In this document: one piece after another, positions 48,001 through 58,406 of the stretch
How the letters are laid out: every line of letters begins with the position of its first letter
Position numbering within the stretch: the stretch's first letter is position 1
Assembly (NCBI GenBank): GCA_002269645.1
Contig: NIVC01001185.1
Coordinates: 62,001-126,000 of the forward strand
Direction of reading: 5' to 3'
Origin: Macrostomum lignano
Lineage: Eukaryota
DNA length: 64,000 bases
Translations under genes and position numbers: made by a program
The notes under the pieces: generated by a model
The model's input: only the letters and a program-made list of their open reading frames with translations
Told to the model about the DNA's origin: nothing
Database searches by the model: none

Positions 48001-49375
48001 ACACTTATTAGGGATTTGTAGAGACACTAATTAAGGATTTGTAGAGACACTAATTAGGGATTTGTAGAGACAATAATTAGGGATTTGTAGAGACAATAAT
48101 TAGGGATTTGTAGAGACAATAATTAGGGATTTGTAGAGACACTAATTAAGGATTTGTAGAGACACTAATTAGGGATTTGTAGAGACACTTATTAGGGATT
48201 TGTAGAGACACTAATTAGGGATTTGTAGAGACACTTATTAGGGATTTGTAGAGACAATAATTAGGGATTTGTAGAGACACTAATTAAGGATTTGTAGAGA
48301 CACTAATTAGGGATTTGTAGAGACACTTATTAGGGATTTGTAGAGACAATAATTAGGGATTTGTAGAGACAATAATTAGGGATTTGTAGAGACACTAATT
48401 AGGGATTTGTAGAGACAATAATTAGGGATTTGTAGAGACAATAATTAGGGATTTGTAGAGACACTAATTAGGGATTTGTAGAGACACTAATTAAGGATTT
48501 GTAGAGACACTAATTAGGGATTTGTAGAGACACTAATTAAGGATTTGTAGAGACACTAATTAGGGATTTGTAGAGACACTAATTAGGGATTTGTAGAGAC
48601 ACTAATTAGGGATTTGTAGAGACACTAATTAAGGATTTGTAGAGACACTAATTAGGGATTTGTAGAGACACTTATTAGGGATTTGTAGAGACAATAATTA
48701 GGGATTTGTAGAGACAATAATTAGGGATTTGTAGAGACACTAATTAGGGATTTGTAGAGACAATAATTAGGGATTTGTAGAGACAATAATTAGGGATTTG
48801 TAGAGACACTAATTAGGGATTTGTAGAGACAATAATTAGGGATTTGTAGAGACACTAATTAGGGATTTGTAGAGACACTAATTAGGGATTTGTAGAGACA
48901 ATAATTAAGGATTTGTAGAGACAATAATTAAGGATTTGTAGAGACACTAATTAGGGATTTGTAGAGACAATAATTAGGGATTTGTAGCAACACAAATGAG
49001 GGATTAAGAGACTTATTAGGGATTTGTTATTAGACACTAATAATTAGGGTCTTAGGATTTATGAATTAAAAAATTTCGAAGTCTCTTATATAAGGTTTAA
49101 CAGGTGTTATAAAGATTCAATGCTAAATATCCCAACAACAGGTCCGCTCAGACTGCCAAGGCCAGGGTCTGGGCAAATTCCTGTTGCTATCGATGCAGAT
49201 CATGGCGACCAGAGCTCGCATGGCCAAACTCATGGTCACCGTGTTCAAAGCTAACGAGCGCACCCTGAAGTTTTTCTACGACATGCGTTTTAAACGGGAC
49301 GAAACGGATTTGGGCGAGCAAGGCGAGAATGTGGATCTGGATTATGTGATCCTGTCCAAGACTACTAGCCAGTAA
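45087..49375 (+). CDS. NAA40: N-alpha-acetyltransferase 40 (NatD), 2 exons identified
   Basis: Exons 45087-45548 and 49142-49375 (phase 0). Motifs: NMSALYAESSWGWKEREKKRE, RFDLDFNSPVLYCYELQV, GQGLGKFL, KLMVTVFKAN and YVILSK. The true start may lie in an upstream exon (in-frame acceptor at 45115-16). Confidence 0.9.
45595..49050. repeat. 23-bp minisatellite (~150 copies) making up the NAA40 intron
   Basis: Unit TTAGGGATTTGTAGAGACACTAA, with variants (TTAAGG, TTAGGA, CAATAA, CACTTA). Confidence 0.97.
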
Positions 49376-49664
49376 TAACTTCGACTGGTATGCTGCGTTG
49401 TAAACAATCTATAAGTTTATACAACAAACATGCTTTTTGTTCCGGTAAAATTCATTGCAATATTTTATTAATAGTTTATCAACACAGCATTTCGAAAGCT
49501 TTGCGTTTTTTATCAGTGGAACTAGAATATTTGACTATTAGTTTTTATTATATAACGTAATCTATTATCAAATATATTACTTGCATTTGTTTCAACAGTT
49601 CTTCTCTACGAATATAAGTCCTTTTGTCATTTTTATTGTCATTTAGCCCTGTACGGTTGTGCCA

Positions 49665-50840
49665 CTACCCTCAGCTCCTAGCAAACCCTGTGCCACTACC
49701 CATAAACACTACTGAGCCCTGTGCCACTACCCATAAACACTACTGAGCCCTGTGCCACTACCCATAAACACTACTGAGCCCTGTGCCACTACCCATAAAC
49801 ACTACTGAGCCCTGTGCCACTACCCATAAACACTACTGAGCCCTGTAACACAACCCATAAACACTACTGAACCCCGTGACACAACCCATAAACACTACTG
49901 AGCCCTGTGACACAACCCATAAACACTACTGAACCCCGTGACACAACCCATAAACACTACTGAGCCCTGTGACACAACCCATAAACACTACTGAGCCCTG
50001 TGACACAACCCATAAACACTACTGAGCCCTGTGACACAACCCATAAACACTACTGAGTCCTGTGACACAACCCATAAACACTACTGAGTCCTGTGACACA
50101 ACCCATAAACACTACTGAGTCCTGTGACACAACCCATAAACACTACTGAGCCCTGTGCCACTACCCATAAACACTACTGAGCCCTGTGACACAACCCATA
50201 AACACTACTGAGTCCTGTGCCACTACCCATAAACACTACTGAGCCCTGTGCCACTACCCATAAACACTACTGAGTCCTGTGACACAACCCATAAACACTA
50301 CTGAGCCCTGTGACACAACCCATAAACACTACTGAGCCCTGTGCCACTACCCATAAACACTACTGAACCCTGTGGCACAACCCATAAACACTACTGAACC
50401 CTGTGCCACAACCCATAAACACTACTGAGCCCTGTGACACAACCCATAAACACTACTGAGCCCTGTGCCACTACCCATAAACACTACTGAACCCTGTGGC
50501 ACAACCCATAAACACTACTGAACCCTGTGACACAACCCATAAACACTACTGAGCCCTGTGCCACTACCCATAAACACTACTGAACCCTGTGGCACAACCC
50601 ATAAACACTACTGAACCCTGTGCCACAACCCATAAACACTACTGAGCCCTGTGACACAACCCATAAACACTACTGAGCCCTGTGCCACTACCCATAAACA
50701 CTACTGAACCCTGTGGCACAACCCATAAACACTACTGAACCCTGTGACACAACCCATAAACACTACTGAACCCTGTGACACAACCCATAAACACTACTGA
50801 ACCCTGTGCCACTACCCATAAACACTACTGAACCCTGTGC
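49665..50840. repeat. 31-bp minisatellite
   Basis: Unit CCCTGTG(C/A)CAC(T/A)ACCCATAAACACTACTGA(G/A), about 37 copies. Confidence 0.95.
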
Positions 50841-51274
50841 AATCCTGTTAATTTTTAACCTAATAAATCCAAGCAATACTGTTTATTTTCGTGCTTTTCT
50901 ATACTAAAAAATTATCAATAAATAAACCCGATCGATTCGTGGCATGCTTGATTTAGTTGACGCTTTGGTTACCTTCGTTTCTCGGAAGCATCTATCGTAG
51001 TTTACATTGAATTTTTTTACTCAATACCATCGGAAAGTTATTTACGAGCGTAACAGGTTAACCATATTGTCCCTGAATAATGTACTAATATTATAATGCT
51101 AATTACAACATATAATAAAAAGCAGGTCCCCGTATGTAGATCGATCTTGTTGAAGATCTAAATCTTTCAAATTCCGCCCTATTTGCCTGCTGAGACACAA
51201 CTGAACTAACCGCAACTCAATTCTCTACCAATACTTTTTACCTGTAATTATTCAATTTTATCAACCCTTTTACC

Positions 51275-53250
51275 ATAATTCTATCCATTCCACCCTCAAA
51301 CTCATCCATTCCACCCTCAACCTTATCCATTCCACCCTCAACCTTATCCATTCCACCCTCAACCTTATCCATTCCACCCTCAACCTTATCCATTCCACCC
51401 TCAACCTTATCCATTCCACCCTCAACCTTATCCATTCCACCCTCAACCTTATCCATTCCACCCTCAACCTTATCCATTCCACCCTCAACCTTAACCATTC
51501 CACCCTCAACCTTAACCATTCCACCCTCAACCTTAACCATTCCACCCTCAACCTCATCCATTCCACCCTCAACCTCAACCATTCCACCCTCAACCTCATC
51601 CATTCCACCCTCAACCTTAACCATTCCACCCTCAACCTTAACCATTCCACCCTCAACCTCATCAACTCTATTCTCAACCTCATCAACTCTATTCTCAACC
51701 TCAACCACTCTATTCTCAACCTCATCCACTCTATTCTCAACCTCATCAACTCTATTCTCAACCTCATCAACTCTATTCTCAACCTCATCCACTCTATTCT
51801 CAACCTTAACCACTCTATTCTCAACCTCATCCACTCTATTCTCAACCTCATCAACTCTATTCTCAACCTCATCCACTCTATTCTCAACCTCATCAACTCT
51901 ATTCTCAACCTCATCAACTCTATTCTCAACCTCATCCACTCTATTCTCAACCTCATCCACTCTATTCTCAACCTCATCAACTCTATTCTCAACCTCATCC
52001 ACTCTATTCTCAACCTCATCCACTCTATTCTCAACCTCATCAACTCTATTCTGAACCTCATCAACTCTATTCTCAACCTCATCAACTCTATTCTCAACCT
52101 CATCAACTCTATTCTCAACCTCATCCACTCTATTCTCAACCTCATCAACTCTATTCTCAACCTCATCAACTCTATTCTCAACCTCAACCACTCTATTCTC
52201 AACCTCATCCACTCTATTCTCAACCTCATCAACTCTATTCTCAACCTCATCAACTCTATTCTCAACCTCATCCACTCTATTCTCAACCTCGTCAACTCTA
52301 TTCTCAACCTCAACCACTCTATTCTCAACCTCATCAACTCTATCCTCAACCTTATCCACTCTATTCTCAACCTCATCAACTCTATTCTCAACCTCAACCA
52401 CTCTATTCTCAACCTCATCCATTCTACCCCCAATCTTATCCATTCCACCCTCAACCTCATCCATTCCACCCTCAACCTTATCCATTCCACCCTCAACCTC
52501 ATCCATTCCACCCTCAACCTCATCCACTCTATTCTCAACCTCATCAACTCTATTCTCAACCTCATCAACTCTATTCTCAACCTCATCCACTCTATTCTCA
52601 ACCTCATCAACTCTATTCTCAACCTCATCAACTCTATTCTCAACCTCATCCACTCTATTCTCAACCTTAACCACTCTATTCTCAACCTTAACCACTCTAT
52701 TCTCAACCTCATCCACTCTATTCTCAACCTCATCCATTCCACCCTCAATCTCATCCATTCCACCCTCAACCTCATCCGCTCTACCCTCAACCCCATCCGC
52801 TCTACCCTCAACCCCATCCGCTCTACCCTCAACCCCAGCCACTCTACCCTCAACCCCAGCCACTCTTCCCTCAACCTCGTTCATTCTACCCCCAATCTCA
52901 TCCATTCTACCCCCAACTCCATCTATTCTAACTCCCATTTCATTCATTCTACCCCCAACTCCATCTATTCTAACTCCCATTTCATTCATTCTACCCCCAA
53001 CTCCATCTATTCTACCCTCAATACCATCCATTCTATTCCCAACTCCATCTACTCTACCCTCAACCCCATCCATTCTACCCTCAACCTCCTCGATTCTATT
53101 CCCAACTCCATATATTCTACCCTCAACCCCATCCATTCTACCTTCAACTCCATCTACTCTACCCCCAACCCCATCCATTCTACCCTCAACCCCATCTATT
53201 CTAACCCCCATTTCATCCATTGTACCCTCAACCCTTTCCATTCTACCCTC
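51275..53250. repeat. 21-bp minisatellite, open on the - strand as a VDEVENR/MDKVEGG heptad ORF (51238-53262)
   Basis: Unit CTCAACCTCATC(C/A)ACTCTATT / CTCAACCTTATCCATTCCACC, about 94 copies with no frame-shifting indels. Confidence 0.9.
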
Positions 53251-53477
53251 AACATTACTCATTCTTACCCTAGACCCAGCCTGCCTACCCTAACTTTATC
53301 CATTCTACCTTCTGTAGATAAAACTGGTTCTACCCGTTAACCCTATCATTTCTACCCAACCCGTCGTTTCTACTTCTCCGCAAATCAGGAACCAAAAACG
53401 CTGCTATATAACCTACAGCGGCTTGCATTCGAATTAATTACCTTCATGACTAATTACCGCATGCCAGTAAGCGCATA

Positions 53478-55865
53478 ATGAGCGCTATCCGTCTGCCAGC
53501 AGTTGTCAACGTTACGGACTGGGTCGCAGTCAATCGGGACCAGTTTCTGCCACCTGTCTGCAACAAGATGCTGCACACTGACGGTCAGCTAAAGCTGTTC
53601 TACGTTGGCGGGCCCAACCAGCGCAAGGACTATCACATTGAGGAGGGCGAGGAGCTGTTCTATATGGAACGGGGCGATATGGAATTGAAAATGCTGATTG
53701 GCAATCGGTTTGTTAGCCAGCCAATTTTACAGGGCCAGCTGTTCTTGTTGCCTGGCAACTTGTTTCACAGTCCGCAACGGGCGGCTGACACTATTGGATG
53801 GGTTATTGAAAGGTTTGTTATAGTCTCTGTTTAGCCTTGCCTTTTGTTTTTCTCTGTGTTTATCTTTTATCACTGTGTGTCTGTTTGTTTATCTCTGTTT
53901 ATATCCATTGTGTGTTTCTCTGCTGTGTTTTTATCCAGTGTGTGTTTATCTCTGCTCTGTTTATATCCAGTGTGTATTTATCTCTGTTCTGCTTATATCC
54001 AGCCTGTGTGTTTATCTCCACTCTGTTTATATCCAGTGTGTGTTTATCTCTGCTCTGTTTATATTCAGTATGTGTTTATCTCTGCTCTGTTTATATCCAG
54101 TGTGTGTTAATATCTGCTCTGTTTATATCCAGTGTGTGTTTATCTCCGCTCTGTTTATATCCAGCCTGTGTGTTTATCTCCGCTCTGTTTATATCCAGCC
54201 TGTGTGTTTATCTCCGCTCTGTTTATATCCAGCCTGTGTGTTTATCTCCGCTCTGTTTATATCCAGTGTGTGTTTATCTCTGCTCTGTTTATATCCAGCC
54301 TGTGTGTTTATCTCTGCTCTGTTTATATCCAGTGTGTGTTTATCTCTGCTCTGTTTATATCCAGTGTGTGTTTATCTCTGCTCTGTTTATATCCAGCCTG
54401 TGTGTTTATCTCCGCTCTGTTTATATCCAGCCTGTGTGTTTATCTCCGCTCTGTTTATATCCAGTGTGTGTTTATCTCTGCTCTGTTTATATCCAGCCTG
54501 TGTGTTTATCTCCGCTCTGTTTATATCCAGTGTGTGTTTATCTCTGCTCTGTTTATATCCAGCCTGTGTGTTTATCTCCGCTCTGTTTATATCCAGCCTG
54601 TGTGTTTATCTCTGCTCTGTTTATATTCAGTGTGTGTTTATCTCCGCTCTGTTTATATCCAGCCTGTGTGTTTATCTCCGCTCTGTTTATATCCAGTGTG
54701 TGTTTATCTCTGCTTTGTTTATATCCAGCCTGTGTGTTTATCTCCGCTCTGTTTATATCCAGTGTGTGTTTATCTCTGCTCTGTTTATATCCAGCCTGTG
54801 TGTTTATCTCTGCTTTGTTTATATCCAGCCTGTGTGTTTATCTCCGCTCTGTTTATATCCAGTGTGTGTTTATCTCTGCTCTGTTTATATCCAGCCTGTG
54901 TGTTTATCTCTGCTTTGTTTATATCCAGTGTGTGTTTATCTCTGCTCTGTTTATATCCAGCCTGTGTGTTTATCTCCGCTCTGTTTATATCCAGCCTGTG
55001 TGTTTATCTCCGCTCTGTTTATATCCAGTGTGTGTTTATCTCCGCTCTGTTTATATCCAGCCTGTGTGTTTATCTCCGCTCTGTTTATATCCAGCCTGTG
55101 TGTTTATCTCCGCTCTGTTTGTAATTGGTTTTTGTGCTTGTCACCATTTTCCTGTGTGTGTTTATATGTGTTTAACTGTAATATATATTTTTAGCTGTGT
55201 TTATAATTTATCTACAGCTAACTCTGCTATGACTAAAACCAAACTGCAATCACTAGAGAGCGCCTGGCCAGCGAGATGGACGGACTGCGCTATTTCCTAG
55301 AAACGGCCGACGGAACGCCCACTCTGAGGCCGCTATTCGAGCGCTACGTGCATATGAGAGATTTGGGCTCCCAGGTGGCCGAGATAATTGCCGAGTACCG
55401 CCGCTCCGAAGAGTTCCGTACCGGACAGCCGAAAAAGTCTGCGTCGGACAATGCCGACACAGCAGCCGTAGCCTACAAGCCCGAGCTTCGGCCGCTGCCC
55501 CGGTCACTTTGGCCGATTGGCTGGACAAGCATCAACAAGAACTTGACAACGCTGAAGTCAAGAATGGCAGCTCGTCCTTGGAGGTTTTTCCTAGCCAGTG
55601 CGGCTACCAGTTTCTAGTTGAAGTTGTCGGTCGAAGCGATGGTCGGCAAGAATTTGTCGAGTACAACTGCGAGACCTGGCTGCTGCAACTGGTGGGAGAA
55701 TGCTCGGTGACGTTCTACGTTGAAAAAGGTCAAACAGCGACAGCTAGGCGATTAGGCGAGAAAGATTCACTTTTAGTGCCAGCTGGGGTCGCCTTTGGTG
55801 TGGTGCAGTCAGCCGGTTGTCGGCTACTCAAGGCTAGCCAGGACCCAGGTCGGAAAGGCTACTGA
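53478..55865 (+). CDS. HAAO: 3-hydroxyanthranilate 3,4-dioxygenase, 2 exons, one apparent frameshift in exon 2
   Basis: Exon 1 53478-53812: FLPPVCNKMLH, VGGPNQRKDYHIEEGEELFY, LLPGNLFHSPQR. Exon 2 55257-55865: ERLASEMDGLRYF, then a frame change near 55500 to TLADWLDKHQQEL...WLLQLVG...DSLLVPAG...QDP. Confidence 0.92.
53850..55120. repeat. 32/34-bp minisatellite in the HAAO intron
   Basis: Unit TGTGTGTTTATCTC(C/T)GCTCTGTTTATATCCAG(CC). Confidence 0.95.
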
Positions 55866-56399
55866 CTCACTGGCTGAAACTGAGCGTACGAGCGTAATTC
55901 CCCCTTTTTGCGGACACCCATCAATGGAAGGTTTTTGTCCATAAACAAATCAAGCATTACTTTTTATAATTCATCTTTTGAGTTCACACCATACATGTGG
56001 GTACGAGTGCTTAAAATTGTTTGGTGATGTTGAAATTATTGATTTCTTTTTGATTATATACACCATATATATTTTAATTAGTTTTAGTGCGTTATATAAT
56101 TGATTTTTATTGAAGGTTTTTGCCTTCAAGCTGAGTTTAGTGCTTTTTTCCATTATCTTATCTGCTGTGAAATCCAATTTTGCATTACGGATCTATCTTA
56201 TCTATACGGTAGTTTATATTTGCCAAAACTGATTTTATTATGATTTTAGGCGCAAGTTTGTTGTGTACTTTTTTGAAGAAATAAATTTATTGATCTTATG
56301 AATGAATTTAGCTTATGGTTTTTTATCATTTTATGGTGCTTTTTAAGCTAAAGCCTAGTATTTTTAACCCACCTCACTCCCCGTTGCGCCCATTCAAAC

Positions 56400-58220
56400 T
56401 TTATCTGAGCTATTTTAACTTCCGTTAGACACCCGCCTCACCCCCCGTCAAACAGCTACCCTCGCTTCGCCCATCCTTACTTAATTTCTAATTCCACCCT
56501 CGTTGGACACCCACCTCACTCCACGCCAAACAGCTACCCTCGCTGCGCCCATCCTAACTTAATTTAATTCTAATTCCACCCTCGTTGGACACCCACCTCA
56601 CTCCACGCCAAACAGCTACCCTCGCTGCGCCCATCCTAACTTAATTTAATTCTAATTCCACCCTCGTTGGACACCCACCTCACTCCACGCCAAACAGCTA
56701 CCCTCGCTGCGCCCATCCTAACTTAATTTAATTCTAATTCCACCCTCGTTGGACACCCACCTCACTCCACGCCAAACAGCTTCCCCTCGCTGCGCCCATC
56801 CTAACTTAATTTAATTCTAATTCCACCCTCGTTGGACACCCACCTCACTCCACGCCAAACAGCTACCCCTCGCTGCGCCCATCCTAACTTAATTTAATTC
56901 TAATTCCACCCTCGTTGGACACCCACCTCACTCCACGCCAAACAGCTTCCCCTCGCTGCGCCCATCCTAACTTAATTTAATTCTAATTCCACCCTCGTTG
57001 GACACCCACCTCACTCCACGCCAAACAGCTACCCCTCGCTGCGCCCATCCTAACTTAATTTAATTCTAATTCCACCCTCGTTGGACACCCACCTCACTCC
57101 ACGCCAAACAGCTACCCTCGCTGCGCCCATCCTAACTTAATTTAATTCTAATTCCACCCTCGTTGGACACCCACCTCACTCCACGCCAAACAGCTTCCCC
57201 TCGCTGCGCCCATCCTAACTTAATTTAATTCTAATTCCACCCTCGTTGGACACCCACCTCACTCCACGCCAAACAGCTACCCTCGCTGCGCCCATCCTAA
57301 CTTAATTTAATTCTAATTCCACCCTCGTTGGACACCCACCTCACTCTACGCCAAACAGCTTCCCCTCGCTGCGCCCATCCTAACTTAATTTAATTCTAAT
57401 TCCACCCTCGTTGGACACCCACCTCACTCCACGCCAAACAGCTACCCCTCGCTGCGCCCATCCTAACTTAATTTAATTCTAATTCCACCCTCGTTGGACA
57501 CCCACCTCACTCCACGCCAAACAGCTACCCTCGCTGCGCCCATCCTAACTTAATTTAATTCTAATTCCACCCTCGTTGGACACCCACCTCACTCCACGCC
57601 AAACAGCTTCCCCTCGCTGCGCCCATCCTAACTTAATTTAATTCTAATTCCACCCTCGTTGGACACCCACCTCACTCCACGCCAAACAGCTACCCTCGCT
57701 GCGCCCATCCTAACTAAATTAATTCTAATTCCACCCTCGTTGGACACCCACCTCACTCCACGCCAAACAGCTACCCTCGCTGCGCCCATCCTAACTTAAT
57801 TTAATTCTAATTCCACCCTCGTTGGACACCCACCTCACTCCACGCCAAACAGCTACCCTCGCTGCGCCCATCCTAACTTAATTTAATTCTAATTCCACCC
57901 TCGTTGGACACCCACCTCACTCCACGCCAAACAGCTTCCCCTCGCTGCGCCCATCCTAACTTAATTTAATTCTAATTCCACCCTCGTTGGACACCCACCT
58001 CACTCCACGCCAAACAGCTACCCCTCGCTGCGCCCATCCTAACTTAATTTAATTCTAATTCCACCCTCGTTGGACACCCACCTCACTCCACGCCAAACAG
58101 CTTCCCCTCGCTGCGCCCATCCTAACTTGATTTCTATCACTAAACAACCACTCCTCGCTTCCTCCTATTTATCTCTATTTCTACCCCCGCTAGACACCCA
58201 CCTCACTCCCCACCAATCAA
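56400..58220. repeat. 82/83-bp intergenic satellite (~21 near-identical copies)
   Basis: Unit CCACCCTCGTTGGACACCCACCTCACTCCACGCCAAACAGCTACCCTCGCTGCGCCCATCCTAACTTAATTTAATTCTAATT. Spacing is 82 nt between 56494 and 56576. Confidence 0.97.
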
Positions 58221-58406
58221 CTACCCCCTCCCTGCGCCTATCAAAAAATTCAATGCAATTAGTGACAGTTTAATTGGGTACATAGTCTTTTTAATTAAAA
58301 TAAATGTTTGAAACGATTCAACATTATTGTTCATGTATAGTGGCTAATGGGGGATTTTTTGTAAGCATAATCCGATAAAAGCTGCTCAGACTCTATCCAA
58401 AGAAGA

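Noticed and set aside
45595-49050. Telomere or interstitial telomere
   Set aside because: TTAGGG occurs once per 23-bp unit, never as tandem (TTAGGG)n, and the array is inside an intron.
49440-49510. Second hammerhead-like motif on the - strand (CTGATAA...TTTCGAAA)
   Set aside because: The core lacks G8, stems II and III are poor, and no Penelope ORF is nearby.
53837-55300. 330-487 aa Cys/Leu-rich ORFs
   Set aside because: They lie wholly in the HAAO intron minisatellite; several frames are open at once.
45595-58220. CRISPR-like appearance of the regular 23-, 31- and 82-bp arrays
   Set aside because: Units are head-to-tail with no unique spacers, there are no cas genes, and the context is a spliced eukaryotic genome.
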